A stretch of DNA of 64,000 nucleotides from Candidatus Sumerlaeaceae bacterium. Lineage in GTDB: Bacteria > Sumerlaeota > Sumerlaeia > Sumerlaeales > Sumerlaeaceae. This document shows positions 8,922 to 19,785 of this stretch, one piece after another (the first letter of the stretch is position 1; each line of letters starts with the position of its first letter). Under the pieces are notes generated by a model. It ran no database searches and was not told where the DNA came from. It worked only from the letters and a program-made list of their open reading frames with translations. Location: contig JBPCLP010000045.1 of NCBI GenBank assembly GCA_051003195.1, positions 128,001 to 192,000 of the forward strand, written 5' to 3'. Position numbers and translations under genes: made by a program.

Positions 8922-10430
8922 ATGGCGATTAGTTTGGGCGGGTCATCGAAGTATTCGACAGCGCTTTTAACCTCGCTGGCAATCATTGCGCACTTCTCAA
9001 TGCCCAGCCGCTCCGCAATGGCTGCTCCGAACATTGTCTTCATCCTGGCGGACGACCTCGGATATGCGGATTTGGGGTGCTACGGTCAGTCGAAAATTCG
9101 GACGCCGCGCATCGACCAGCTTGCGCGCGAGGGCATGCGATTCACGCACCACTACGCGGGAAATGCAGTGTGCGCGCCCTCGCGTTGCGTGTTAATGACA
9201 GGCCTCCACCCAGGGCATGCGGTTGTTCGCGACAATCGGGAGATGAAACCCGAAGGCCAGTTTCCACTGCCCGCAAACACAGTCACGCTGGCCGGACTGC
9301 TGAAGAAGCGCGGCTATGTTACGGGGGCGTTCGGCAAGTGGGGACTGGGAGGCCCGGGCTCATCTGGCGAACCGCTGAAGCAGGGTTTCGACCGGTTTTA
9401 CGGTTACAACTGCCAGGCAAAAGCACATAACTACTACCCGCAATACTTGTGGGACGACAATACAACGGTCGCGCTCGATAACCCGCTCATCCCGCAGAAA
9501 GCGCGTTTGCCAGAAACCGCCGACCCATCCTCTTCGGCTTCGTATGGACGCTACGTCGGCAAACAATATTCCCCCGATCTGATCGCGGAGCAGGCCCGGC
9601 GCTTTGTGCGCGAGCACAAGCACGAGCCATTCTTCCTGTATGTGCCGACCACGGTACCACATCTTTCACTCCAGGTGCCTGAGGACTCGCTGGCCGAGTA
9701 TGCGGGCATGTGGCCTGACCCACCCTATACCGGTAATCGCAGCTATCTGCCGCACTTTACACCACGTGCGGCTTACGCTGCTATGATTACACGAATGGAC
9801 ACCGAGATCGGGCGTCTGCTGGATTTGCTCGAGGAGCTGAGAATATTGGAGAATACGATTGTCATTTTCACTTCTGATAACGGGCCAACCTATAAGCGCC
9901 TTGGCGGATCCGATTCGGATTTTTTTGAATCCGCTGGTCCGCTGCGGGGACTCAAGGGCTCGCTGTATGAAGGTGGTGTGCGCGTGCCGCTTATCGTGCG
10001 CTGGCCCGGCCACGTTCGCGCGGGCAGCACCTGCGACCTGGTGACTGGTTTTGAGGACTGGTTGCCAACTCTGGTCGAGCTCACGGGAGCCGGCGACAAA
10101 CCCGCGAAGCTGGACGGCATCAGTTTCGCACCTGCATTAGCTGGAGCAAAGCAGCCGGACCGACCCTTCCTGTACCGCGAGTTTCCGGCTTATACTGGAC
10201 AGCAGTCGGTTCGAGTTGGTGATTGGAAGCTAATCCGCCATAACCTTGGCGCTCGAAATCTTTCCAGTACCAGCCCTACGCTTGAACTCTTTAATCTGAA
10301 AGACGACATTGTTGAACAGCACGATGTCGCAGCGGAGCATGGCGACCAGGTTGCAAAGTTAAGCGCAGTTCTTAAGCAGCAGCACCAGGCGTCGATCAAT
10401 TTTCCGATCGCCAGCCTTGACGGCGAATAA
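8922..10430 (+). CDS. Arylsulfatase (Cys-type, formylglycine-dependent S1 family)
   Basis: PNIVFILADDLG, CAPSR...LMTG, GKWGLG, FTSDNG and GLKGSLYEGG motifs; start uncertain. Confidence 0.92.
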   Translation: MAISLGGSSKYSTALLTSLAIIAHFSMPSRSAMAAPNIVFILADDLGYADLGCYGQSKIRTPRIDQLAREGMRFTHHYAGNAVCAPSRCVLMTGLHPGHAVVRDNREMKPEGQFPLPANTVTLAGLLKKRGYVTGAFGKWGLGGPGSSGEPLKQGFDRFYGYNCQAKAHNYYPQYLWDDNTTVALDNPLIPQKARLPETADPSSSASYGRYVGKQYSPDLIAEQARRFVREHKHEPFFLYVPTTVPHLSLQVPEDSLAEYAGMWPDPPYTGNRSYLPHFTPRAAYAAMITRMDTEIGRLLDLLEELRILENTIVIFTSDNGPTYKRLGGSDSDFFESAGPLRGLKGSLYEGGVRVPLIVRWPGHVRAGSTCDLVTGFEDWLPTLVELTGAGDKPAKLDGISFAPALAGAKQPDRPFLYREFPAYTGQQSVRVGDWKLIRHNLGARNLSSTSPTLELFNLKDDIVEQHDVAAEHGDQVAKLSAVLKQQHQASINFPIASLDGE

Positions 10431-10476
10431 CACACCACCGAGCGCTCCGCGCGCGGCTATGCACAGACCGCACCAG

Positions 10477-10571
10477 GTGGTCTACCGTTAGTTCGTAATC
10501 AGTTCTGTGTGCCCAATCGAGGTCAAGTCTGCCTTATGGTGTGGTAAGAAACTACTGATTCGGCACACTAG
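10477..10571 (+). repeat. ~95-bp dispersed intergenic repeat, copy A
   Basis: Near-identical to 23055-23148 and 63304-63398; internal inverted repeat GTGTGCC(G/C)AA...TTCGGCACAC. Confidence 0.85.
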
Positions 10572-10652
10572 AGATGGACCCGAACAATAATATCTTCGGA
10601 GCCGTTGCAAGAAGCACTGGCATTTACTAAAGTAGAGGTCGAGAAGCGGTTT

Positions 10653-13397
10653 ATGAAAACTACAATTGCGTACTGCATCATTGCCGGTCTGGTTGCCGGC
10701 GCGACATTTCCCACCCTGGCGCTACCGCCGCAGCGGCTCGCCACAGCGTCATCAGCCGCTAACCTCACCGTAAGGCGCGATACCGGCAGCACGGCCACGA
10801 GCAGTGAGATTACCGAGACGGTTACTCTTGAGGAGGAATCGCTCTACGGAAAGCCTATTACCGGTAAGCTAAGCGCGAGCCGCGTGGATGCAAAGGGGCT
10901 GGATGTACCCGGTGCCTCTGCAGTGCCGGGCGATTACCTGCTCCAGAATGCGAAGGTGAGTTTTGTGGTCAACGCACCGGAGCACCCCAACGGAAATGCG
11001 AACACGGGCGGCTACGTGATCGACGCTTTCATGAACGATCGGCCTGGTGATCGCCTCGGGCAGTTGCATCTCTACCTGAATGACAAATATCCACGCATGG
11101 CACGTTATACGACCGCGAAGATCGTGCTGGACGGTTCCACTACTTCGGCGGTCGCGGTCGAGGTAACCGGTCAGGACATCGAAGACCCGACAATCGACAT
11201 CACCACCACATACACACTGCGTGCAGACGAGACGGCGCTTGAGTTGCATACTGCGCTGGTGCCACGTAGCAACCCGCTGAAGGATTTCATAATCGGCGAT
11301 GCGTTTGCCTGGGGACCAACCCAGCAGTTCGTCCCTGGCAGTGGTTTCGACGTCGGCAAGCGCATTGACGCAGATTGGGTGGGAGGGATTGGCCGCGGTG
11401 TCGCCTATGGCTATTATGCGGTGACCGCCGGCCATCTATGGGGCCCTGCCGGTTCAACCTGGGTGGACGCTAACGTAACAACTGCAAGCGTGGCTGTAGG
11501 TCAAGCAGCGCACTGCCAACGCTTTCTGGCAGTTGGGCATGACCTGGCGGAGGTAAGCAGTGCCGCATGGAAAGCGCGCGCAGTCTCGCTGCAGAAGCTC
11601 AGTGGGTCGATCATTGAAAGTGAAAGCCAGCGCGGCGCAACCGGAGTGCGCGTAACAATCAGCCGCGATGGGAAACCACTGACACAGGCCATTTCCAGGG
11701 ACGGCAAGTTCGAAGCCTACCTCCCGGCCGGCAAATATAAACTCGATGCCAGCGATGCAATCCGCAGTGTCTCCAATCCGCACCTTGAGGTAGATCTTTC
11801 CACCGGTCCCGCAACACCGGTTAAATTCTCAGTCGCGTCGCCGGCCGTCTTAAATCTGCAGGTCGAGGATCCGGAAAAGGAAGAGCCAATCCCCTGCCGC
11901 ATAAGACTGTTCGGCATCAACGGCACCAAAGACCCCGACCTGGGCCCGGCGCATGAAACGCGGACGCGCAACACGGTCTACCTGCCGAAAGGGATGGATC
12001 GCATTCCCGTACCCGGCGGCGATTACAATCTCGTAGTGACGCGAGGGATCGAATACGATATGACGACGGTGCCGCTGCGGCTCGAGCGAAACCGCGAAAC
12101 AAGCCTCAAGGTGCAGCTGCATCGCGCCTTCAAAGTGGGCACCATGGTTTCAGCGGACTTCCACCTGCACATGAAGAACTCTTTCGATAGCGCGGTCTCG
12201 CTCGAAGATCGCGTGATCAGTTGCATTGGCGAAGGATTGGAGGTGCTGGTAGCGACGGATCACAACTACGTGACGGACCTCGAGCCAGTCATTCAGAAAC
12301 TCGGCTTGTCGCGCTGGGGGCGGTCCATTATCGGAAACGAAATCACGACGCGCAAGCACATGTTCGGACATTTCAATGCGTTTCCCATGGTAGCAAACTC
12401 CAACAAGCCTGGAAACGGCGCGAGCATGTTCGAAAAAACCGTTGCGGCAAAACTGATGGAGGATGCGGCCGCGACTCCCGGCGAGCAGGTAGTGCAGATT
12501 AATCACCCGCGCGCTGGAGATATCGGCTATTTCGACCGTGTGCAAATGAGTTCCGACGACGGTCTCACGACACACTTGAATTGGTCGGACCGATTCACAG
12601 CGATTGAGATCTTCAACGGGAAGCGGATCGACCAGTTTTATGAAACGGAACTGGACTGGTTCAATCTGTTGAATGTCGGTTACCGGTTCACTGCGACCGG
12701 CAACTCAGACAGCCATAAGGTATTCGACGCGGAGCCTGGTTATCCACGTAACTATGTGGACATTGGCGATTCGGCGGCTGCATCAGTGGGAGCGCCGGAT
12801 AGCGTCGTGGCCTCTGCGCCTTACAAGATTGAAGACCTGGTGAAGGCCGTGAACGAAAAGCACGCGGTGGTGGTGACGAACGGTCCTGTGATCACCTTCC
12901 GGACTAAGTCGGGCAAAAGCATTGGGCAGGACGAAACGGTAAAGACTGGGCCCGTGGCCTTCCAGGTACGTATTGAAGGCGCGAACTTCGTGCAGCCGAA
13001 TGAAGTTCATCTGATCGCCAACGGCAAAAAGGTGCAGGTTATAACAATCGCCGAAATTACAGCGCCATTGAAATGGGAGGGTGAGTTAACACATGACCCA
13101 ACCCAGGATACATGGTATGCAGTGCGGGTACGCGGATTGAAGAGCATGGAACCAATCATGACTCCATTCAACGAAGGTACCGTCGAACTCGACCCGACCC
13201 CTCTCGCAGTTACGAACCCGATCTGGATCGATAGAGACGGTGACGGCAAGTTCACCGCGCTAAACCAGCAGCACTACGAACAAATGCATAGAGATCGCAG
13301 TGCGGAAGCACTTGCGAACATCGACCAGCTGACGAGCCAGAGCCAGCAGCGGAACCTGTTCAGCCGAAGAAAACGAGCGATGCCTGGCGAAAGCTGA
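10653..13397 (+). CDS. Exported PHP-domain metallohydrolase (CehA/McbA-like) with N-terminal beta-sandwich domains
   Basis: Signal peptide; ADFHLH, ATDHN, GNEIT, GHFN, QINHPR, EIFNG and GNSDSH motifs. Confidence 0.8.
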   Translation: MKTTIAYCIIAGLVAGATFPTLALPPQRLATASSAANLTVRRDTGSTATSSEITETVTLEEESLYGKPITGKLSASRVDAKGLDVPGASAVPGDYLLQNAKVSFVVNAPEHPNGNANTGGYVIDAFMNDRPGDRLGQLHLYLNDKYPRMARYTTAKIVLDGSTTSAVAVEVTGQDIEDPTIDITTTYTLRADETALELHTALVPRSNPLKDFIIGDAFAWGPTQQFVPGSGFDVGKRIDADWVGGIGRGVAYGYYAVTAGHLWGPAGSTWVDANVTTASVAVGQAAHCQRFLAVGHDLAEVSSAAWKARAVSLQKLSGSIIESESQRGATGVRVTISRDGKPLTQAISRDGKFEAYLPAGKYKLDASDAIRSVSNPHLEVDLSTGPATPVKFSVASPAVLNLQVEDPEKEEPIPCRIRLFGINGTKDPDLGPAHETRTRNTVYLPKGMDRIPVPGGDYNLVVTRGIEYDMTTVPLRLERNRETSLKVQLHRAFKVGTMVSADFHLHMKNSFDSAVSLEDRVISCIGEGLEVLVATDHNYVTDLEPVIQKLGLSRWGRSIIGNEITTRKHMFGHFNAFPMVANSNKPGNGASMFEKTVAAKLMEDAAATPGEQVVQINHPRAGDIGYFDRVQMSSDDGLTTHLNWSDRFTAIEIFNGKRIDQFYETELDWFNLLNVGYRFTATGNSDSHKVFDAEPGYPRNYVDIGDSAAASVGAPDSVVASAPYKIEDLVKAVNEKHAVVVTNGPVITFRTKSGKSIGQDETVKTGPVAFQVRIEGANFVQPNEVHLIANGKKVQVITIAEITAPLKWEGELTHDPTQDTWYAVRVRGLKSMEPIMTPFNEGTVELDPTPLAVTNPIWIDRDGDGKFTALNQQHYEQMHRDRSAEALANIDQLTSQSQQRNLFSRRKRAMPGES

Positions 13398-13428
13398 TCG
13401 TCCGCTCGCGGCCACCGCAGGTTCCAGG

Positions 13429-14166
13429 TTAAGCCTTCTGCACCTCTGCGATGTACAGCGTCGCGATTCCAAACGTAAGCCGGTGGGAGACGACTTTCCC
13501 GCCGGCTTCTTTTTTCAGCAATAAGACAAACTCGTCTGTATCGGGAAAAGCCGCCACAGAATTGGGCAGGTATGTGTACGCCCGCGTCCCACTGAGAATA
13601 TGTCCAATGGTTGGCAGCACGCGTAGAAAATAAAATTTATAGAGTTGGCGGAAAATCGGCGTGCGGGGATGCGAAAACTCAAGAATCGCGATTTTACCCG
13701 CCGCCCGGCTGACGCGAATCATCTCGCGGATCCCTGCGCGCAGGTCGACCACGTTGCGAATGCCAAATGCGGCGCTCACGAGGTCGAAGCTATTGTCTGC
13801 AAATGGCAATCGAAGTGTGTCTGCAACGAGTGGACGCGGAGCGGACGCAGCGGTTAAGAATTTCCGCTGCGCAATCCGACACATAGCCGGCGTAAAGTCG
13901 GCGCTGAGAATCACCGGGTTCGTGTTAATCTGCTGCGCGCGTGCCGCAAAAGCCAGGGCAAGATCCCCCGTTCCTGAGCAGACGTCGAGCACCCTGCCGA
14001 TCTCTGGTTGGATGAGAACCTTTGAAACTCGCGCGCGCCAGCGCTTGTCGATGTTAAAACTGAGCAAATGATTCAAACGGTCGTAAGTTGGAGCTATGTC
14101 GTGAAACATCTGCCGCACACCGGCTGGCGATCTGGATTCTACCAGCTCGTGTGGTGCAAGATCCAC
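13429..14166 (-). CDS. ubiE: Ubiquinone/menaquinone biosynthesis C-methyltransferase
   Basis: MFHDIAPTYDRLNHLLSF, LDVCSGTGD, AFGIRNV, LEFS and YTYLPNS motifs. Confidence 0.9.
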   Translation of the reverse strand: MDLAPHELVESRSPAGVRQMFHDIAPTYDRLNHLLSFNIDKRWRARVSKVLIQPEIGRVLDVCSGTGDLALAFAARAQQINTNPVILSADFTPAMCRIAQRKFLTAASAPRPLVADTLRLPFADNSFDLVSAAFGIRNVVDLRAGIREMIRVSRAAGKIAILEFSHPRTPIFRQLYKFYFLRVLPTIGHILSGTRAYTYLPNSVAAFPDTDEFVLLLKKEAGGKVVSHRLTFGIATLYIAEVQKA

Positions 14167-14168
14167 CG

Positions 14169-14939
14169 CTATGCGACCAGCCGAACCGGAAGCCCCTGCT
14201 CTGCCATGTAGCGTTTTGCCTCGGAAATGGTATAGGTGCCGAAATGAAAGATGCTGGCCGCTAGTACTGCGTCGGCTTTCCCGAGTGTCACGCCTTCGAC
14301 AAGGTGCTGCAAGTTGCCGACACCGCCTGATGCGATGACCGGAATACCAACCGCTTCGCTGATACGCTGCGTCAGTTCCAGGTCGTAGCCATCCTTCGTT
14401 CCGTCCCGGTCCATGCTGGTCAGCAGGATTTCACCCGCTCCGTAGTTCTCCATGCGCTTCGCCCACTCGACAGCATCGAGTCCCCTGGGGGTACGGCCGC
14501 CGTGAGTGTAGACTTCAAATTCAAACTGCGAATGGGCGGAGCGCTTCGCATCGATTGCCACAACGATGCACTGCGATCCAAAGCGCGAAGACGCCTGCTT
14601 CACAAATTCCGGATCTTCGACTGCGCAAGTGTTCAGGCTGACTTTGTCAGCACCGGCGCGAAGAAGGTTGTTGATGTCATCGAGAGTGCGGATCCCGCCG
14701 CCAACCGTCAGCGGCATGAATGCTTCGGAAGCGGTGCGCCGAACCACATCCAGCATCGTTCCGCGGCGCTCGTGGCTGGCAGTGATATCCAGGAATACCA
14801 GCTCATCTGCGCCAGCACGGTCATATGCGACTGCTGCTTCCACGGGATCGCCCGCGTCCACGAGATTGATAAAATTGACGCCCTTTACGACACGGCCGTC
14901 TTTCACATCCAGGCAGGGAATGACTCTTTTGGTCAGCAC
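14169..14939 (-). CDS. hisF: Imidazole glycerol phosphate synthase cyclase subunit
   Basis: [42 protein letters not shown] and LAASIFH motifs; GTG start assumed. Confidence 0.97.
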   Translation of the reverse strand: MLTKRVIPCLDVKDGRVVKGVNFINLVDAGDPVEAAVAYDRAGADELVFLDITASHERRGTMLDVVRRTASEAFMPLTVGGGIRTLDDINNLLRAGADKVSLNTCAVEDPEFVKQASSRFGSQCIVVAIDAKRSAHSQFEFEVYTHGGRTPRGLDAVEWAKRMENYGAGEILLTSMDRDGTKDGYDLELTQRISEAVGIPVIASGGVGNLQHLVEGVTLGKADAVLAASIFHFGTYTISEAKRYMAEQGLPVRLVA

Positions 14940-14980
14940 GTGCAACGCTACTGAAGTGCGCGGCGATTGTTCGCACCCGT

Positions 14981-15016
14981 AAATAAAAAGACGCAGGCTC
15001 GCAAAAGCCCGCGTCT
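14981..15016 (-). terminator. Intrinsic terminator after trxA
   Basis: Minus strand reads agacgcgggc-ttttgcga-gcctgcgtct-ttttattt. Confidence 0.7.
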
Positions 15017-15039
15017 GGGAATTTACGGTTATCGAGTTT

Positions 15040-15357
15040 CTAGAGGACTTTATCGATCGCCTGTTTCAATGTCGCTTTTGGCACCGCTCCGGTAATGCGC
15101 TCCTTCAGCTCGCCGCCCTTAAAAAGCATCAAAGTCGGTATTGATGAAATTCCAAAACGCGCCGCCACCTGCTGATTGTCATCCACGTTGATCTTGGCGA
15201 CATTCAGTTTGCCTTCATAGTCCTTTGCGAGTTCATCCACGATGGGGGCAACGATACGGCATGGGCCGCACCATGGGGCCCAGAAGTCGACCAGGTAGGT
15301 GCCGCCGCCCTGAATCACCTGCTGCTCGAATGCCGCGTCGGAAAGCTCTTCAGCCAT
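15040..15357 (-). CDS. trxA: Thioredoxin
   Basis: [11 protein letters not shown] and SIPTL motifs; 105 aa. Confidence 0.96.
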   Translation of the reverse strand: MAEELSDAAFEQQVIQGGGTYLVDFWAPWCGPCRIVAPIVDELAKDYEGKLNVAKINVDDNQQVAARFGISSIPTLMLFKGGELKERITGAVPKATLKQAIDKVL

Positions 15358-15423
15358 TTAAGTTCGTTCCTTTTGTTTCGTTTGTACTTCGGTCAGTCAG
15401 CAAGGCAAGTGCCACGGTCAAGG

Positions 15424-16188
15424 CTAAGCGTCCGCATTGCCCGGCGTTCTCCCGGACTGCAAAGCTGCATTAGCGTCTCGTAACGAAACCCGACCATCGT
15501 ACAGTGCCTTGCCTACGATTACGCCCAGCAGATTGGGCCTATTCAAGCGCTGCAGGGCCAGTATATGATCAATCGTACCAACGCCCCCGGACGCGATCAC
15601 CTTAAGGTCGCTGGAAATCGAGAGCACATCCTCCAGGGCCTCGATGTTTGGTGCGTTAAACATGCCGTCACGGGCGATATCGGTGAAAATGACCGTGTTG
15701 AGGCCTATCTCCTCGTGCAGCTTGCGCAGGTAGGGCACAGCTTCTATCTGGGTATCTTTTGTCCAGCCTCGGGTGGAGAGAAACCCATCTCGCGCATCCG
15801 CACCGACGATGATTTGCGCGGTGAAATTGCGTACCATCCTGGAAAGAAACTCCAGGTCTTCGAGGGCCTTGGTCCCAATGACGACGAAGTTCACGCCCGA
15901 TGTCAGGAGTGTCTCGATGGCTTCGAGATCGCGAACACCACCGCCGACCTCGATCTCCGATTCCACTGCAGTGCGGATGGCACGAATGGCGTCGATGTTC
16001 TTTGGTGTACCGCTGAACGCGCCGTCGAGATCCACAACATGGATTCGCCTCGCGCCGTCCTTTTCGTAACTTCGCGCCACGTCGGCGGGCGCAATGTCGT
16101 ACTTGGTCTTGCGGTTTGCGTCGCCCTGCTGAAGTCGAACGCAGCCGCCGTCCATTAGATCGATGGCTGGGATTATCTGAAACGACAT
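15424..16188 (-). CDS. hisA: ProFAR isomerase
   Basis: IIPAIDL...CVRLQQGD, HVVDLDGA, FTDIARDG and IASGG motifs. Confidence 0.95.
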   Translation of the reverse strand: MSFQIIPAIDLMDGGCVRLQQGDANRKTKYDIAPADVARSYEKDGARRIHVVDLDGAFSGTPKNIDAIRAIRTAVESEIEVGGGVRDLEAIETLLTSGVNFVVIGTKALEDLEFLSRMVRNFTAQIIVGADARDGFLSTRGWTKDTQIEAVPYLRKLHEEIGLNTVIFTDIARDGMFNAPNIEALEDVLSISSDLKVIASGGVGTIDHILALQRLNRPNLLGVIVGKALYDGRVSLRDANAALQSGRTPGNADA

Positions 16189-16256
16189 GGGTGTGGATTC
16201 CGATTACACTGAAGTTGATTTGAAGCGGCTGTGTTTTAGTTATACTACATGATACA

Positions 16257-17453
16257 TTATGGCGGAAGTGCCGTACGGGCTGCCTTACTTTCCTGTTCGG
16301 AACGCACAAGAGGATCCCACCAAAGTTCCTTTAATACGGTTTTGGCAATAATGGCGACCGGTACCGCGATCACCATTCCGCCAAGACCGAACTGCGCACC
16401 GATCAGCAGCGCCAGGAGGACGAGCAGCGGATGAAGCTCCGCGTTTTTGCCGACGATGCGTGGCTGCAGAAAGAAGCCGTCGATCGACTGGATCGCGACA
16501 CTCAGTAGAAGTACGAACCCAAGACCCATCATCTTTGTCTCTGCGGTACCGAAGCGGTCGCTGAAGATGACCCACAGTGCGGTCGGAACGCCTCCCACAA
16601 TCGGCCCTACATAAGGTATGAGATTTCCAAAGCCCGCCATGAACCCAATGAGAATGGCGTATTTTTTCATCCCGAGAGCCACGAGCGCAAGCGTGTATAA
16701 GGTGCCTACTCCGAGTCCGACAAGGAGCTGCCCACGAAGGAATCCACCGAGTGCACGGTCGATGCGTGCCCACAGCGCGAAGATGCGGGACTCGCGGTCG
16801 TCCGGCAGCAGCACACGCGCGACGTATTCCATGCGAGAGTAATCCAGCAGAAAGTAAAACGTGATGACGATTACAAACGAGATAAACGCGAGGAGCCCGA
16901 GTGCGAACGAGACGCTTGTGACTACCGCTTTGGTGAGGAACTTACCCGTACCTACGGCGGAAGTGGCGACCTTATCCATTGTGGGCCCGGCACCATCGGA
17001 GAATCCATCGATGTTGAGGTGCTGCTTAAGGAAATCGCGCAGGTGTTCAATCTCTTCTGGCGACATGCGAAGCTTCAGCCATGCGACCGCTTTGTTCGTC
17101 ATGACAGGGAGATTCTGAATCAGGTTCTCCAGTCCGGCGCGAAGCTGAGAATAAAGAATGGGCAGCAGCACGGCAAAAAAGCTGACGGTGATGAGGAGAA
17201 TAATGGCGTACGTAATGGCCACGGCAGCGACGCGGCCAACACGTGCGCGGCGCTGGAGCACGGAAACGATCGGGTTAAAAATATAGGCCACGATGAGTGC
17301 AACGATGAACGGCGAGAGGATGTTGAGCGTGAACTGGATCACCGGACGCGAATAGTGGAGCAGCGCAAACGCGGCTCCGGCAATGAGAAGGTAAACCAGG
17401 AGCAGCAGCGCGCGGCGCAGGTGACGGTCGACTATGCGGGGAGACGTTTCCAT
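16257..17453 (-). CDS. AI-2E family transporter (PerM-like)
   Basis: Multiple TM segments; AYIFNP, FLRGQ, NLIPYVGP and LQPRIVG...LHP...GMVIAVP motifs. Confidence 0.88.
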   Translation of the reverse strand: METSPRIVDRHLRRALLLLVYLLIAGAAFALLHYSRPVIQFTLNILSPFIVALIVAYIFNPIVSVLQRRARVGRVAAVAITYAIILLITVSFFAVLLPILYSQLRAGLENLIQNLPVMTNKAVAWLKLRMSPEEIEHLRDFLKQHLNIDGFSDGAGPTMDKVATSAVGTGKFLTKAVVTSVSFALGLLAFISFVIVITFYFLLDYSRMEYVARVLLPDDRESRIFALWARIDRALGGFLRGQLLVGLGVGTLYTLALVALGMKKYAILIGFMAGFGNLIPYVGPIVGGVPTALWVIFSDRFGTAETKMMGLGFVLLLSVAIQSIDGFFLQPRIVGKNAELHPLLVLLALLIGAQFGLGGMVIAVPVAIIAKTVLKELWWDPLVRSEQESKAARTALPP

Positions 17454-17556
17454 TATGCTGGATCGGGGAGCTTGCAGGGGACTTTGACGCGCGCAACAGG
17501 AATGATTGCGGATTACGGATGACAGGAGATCGTCCGTTCAATGGGAATAAACACCA

Positions 17557-19785
17557 ATGGACGCTAATCCACCGCAGGAAAACAGTATCGGACGTGCCAC
17601 GGCGTCCGTTGCTGCCGTGTCGCTTGCGATGTGGGTAATGGCGTATTACGCGTGGGCGTTAGCGCCCCTTGTGATGGAACCGTCGTCGGCCGCTCAAGGC
17701 CATTCCGGGATTGCGCCGTGGGTATTTATGCAGAACCTGGCGCACCAGCTTAGTGAAGCCGATCTCTTTCAGAATCCTGGGATAGCCGGCAAATTCGGTT
17801 CCTTCATTTTCGCACTTTACTGGGCTCTGGGGGTGTCCGTGCTCGGATTCGGCATCATACGGCGGCTGCGCTTGCCGGAGCTTGATCGGGCAGAGCGGCT
17901 GGCGCTTGGCGCCCTGACAGGCGTATTGCTTGTCAGCACCTTGACAACCGTGATCGGAATGACTGGTGGCCTGCAATCTTACGTGCCGATCGTTGGGATG
18001 GTTGCCATACTCAGCTTTTTGTTTATGACGGAAGTCCTGTTCCTCTATAGGCCAAGGGAAAGGTCACCCGTGCCCGGAGCCCTGGTCACATTACGGATTC
18101 TGGCAACTGTCTTTCTCGTCGCGCTGTTTCTTAACTGCTGCACCCCGCCAGTACAAAGCGATGCAATGCGCTACCACTTGGCGGCGCCACAGGAATGGCG
18201 GAAGCTCGGGCACATTGGTTATCTGCCTCTGAATGCGTTCAGCAATTTCCCGATGCTGGTCGAAGTTCAGGCTCTGCTGGTGGGCATGGCAGGTATGGCA
18301 GCCACGCAGATGGTACACTTCGCGCTGATGCTGGCGACCGGGCTGACGGTGTATGGGCTCGCGTTGCGAATTGGGCGACTGTGCGGGCAAAACGACTCTC
18401 GCATTCCTGCAACCGTGGCTGCGCTTCTGTACATGTTTACGCCATGCGGAGCCGTCGTGGCGACATGGCCAAATATCGATCATGCGACGTCGCTCTGTGT
18501 GCTGCTAAGCACGCTGGCGTTACTGTTGGTGATGGAGCAGCCTCGGTGGGAATGCTACGTTTTGCTGGGAATTACGGCAGGGGCATCGCTGAGTGTGAAG
18601 TACACTTTGCTGGCGCACCTGGGGCTGCTGGGGATTGTGTGGCTCGGCTGGACGCTCTATAAGAAGACACACTCTTCGGAAATACAAGGCGCCTGGCTGC
18701 ACACACTTCGAAAAAATATCGTTGGTGCAGGGCTCGCCGTTTTGGTCGCGGGATTGCTGGCGTCGCCCTGGTACCTGAAGAATGTGGTGTTCACTGGAAA
18801 CCCTGTATATCCGTTTGCGAGCGGGATTTTTAAAGGCGGGGAGTGGACACCGGAGTGTGCCAGGCTCTATGCAACGCAGGCGGCCCGCAAGGGCGAGCCT
18901 AAGACGATCCCGAATCTGCTGGCCTCACCCGTGCGCTCGACTTTCGATTGGCTGAAATACGAGACCCACAATCCCGGCGCAGTAACGGGGATTGCCTGGC
19001 TGACGTGGGTTTTTGCGGCGATAGTTGCGGCTCGCCGACGCAATCTAGCTCTCACCGTAATCCTCTTTCTCGCAGCCGGGTACTGGGTTGTCTGGTTCTA
19101 TTCCTACCAGTCCAACCGAATGCTGCTACCGTTCTATGCCCTGGTGCTGCCGTGTTTGCCGTGCGTTGTTGCGGCGGCAGCTGCGCCTCTTCGCAGAGCG
19201 ATGGTAGGTGTACTTGCCGTCACTGCATTTGTGGGAGGATTCTGGGCGATTCAATGGAGCTACACGCGGAGCGCGCTGTCGCCGCCACCCCTTCCTTACC
19301 TTCTCGGTGGAATGGCCGAAGAAGTGTACATGGCAAAATCGCTGAACTACTGGAAGGCATACGAATACCTTAACGGTCGCGTGAAGCCCGATGAAAAGGT
19401 GCTGCTCATTGGCGAGCACCGAATTTACGGCGCGAAGTTCAAGGCCGTGTGGAGCGACTGGTACGATACGCCGGCGATTGCTGCATGGATACGCGGGCGA
19501 AACATCGTCAGTCTCGACGCGCTGCTCGAATCATTGCGATCAGGCAACGTCAACTATGTGCTGATAAATGAGAGCGAGCTCGCGCTGCAGATGGATCTGT
19601 TCCGACCGCGATTCAGTGCGTCCGAATGGGAGATCGTTTCACAGCTCCGGGCATTGAAAGACGCACGAGTTGAACGGCGCGTGATACAACCTCCGCCCCG
19701 AATACATCCGGCTGCGCCGGAAACGCCGCCGTCGCACGGCGTCACGGTGCTGAAGTTGATTGGCGGCGTAGGATCGCCGCCGTGA
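17557..19785 (+). CDS. Polytopic membrane protein, probable GT-C glycosyltransferase (ArnT/PMT-like)
   Basis: More than 12 hydrophobic segments; DAMRYHL, SVKYT and PWYLKN...GNPVYP motifs. Confidence 0.6.
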   Translation: MDANPPQENSIGRATASVAAVSLAMWVMAYYAWALAPLVMEPSSAAQGHSGIAPWVFMQNLAHQLSEADLFQNPGIAGKFGSFIFALYWALGVSVLGFGIIRRLRLPELDRAERLALGALTGVLLVSTLTTVIGMTGGLQSYVPIVGMVAILSFLFMTEVLFLYRPRERSPVPGALVTLRILATVFLVALFLNCCTPPVQSDAMRYHLAAPQEWRKLGHIGYLPLNAFSNFPMLVEVQALLVGMAGMAATQMVHFALMLATGLTVYGLALRIGRLCGQNDSRIPATVAALLYMFTPCGAVVATWPNIDHATSLCVLLSTLALLLVMEQPRWECYVLLGITAGASLSVKYTLLAHLGLLGIVWLGWTLYKKTHSSEIQGAWLHTLRKNIVGAGLAVLVAGLLASPWYLKNVVFTGNPVYPFASGIFKGGEWTPECARLYATQAARKGEPKTIPNLLASPVRSTFDWLKYETHNPGAVTGIAWLTWVFAAIVAARRRNLALTVILFLAAGYWVVWFYSYQSNRMLLPFYALVLPCLPCVVAAAAAPLRRAMVGVLAVTAFVGGFWAIQWSYTRSALSPPPLPYLLGGMAEEVYMAKSLNYWKAYEYLNGRVKPDEKVLLIGEHRIYGAKFKAVWSDWYDTPAIAAWIRGRNIVSLDALLESLRSGNVNYVLINESELALQMDLFRPRFSASEWEIVSQLRALKDARVERRVIQPPPRIHPAAPETPPSHGVTVLKLIGGVGSPP

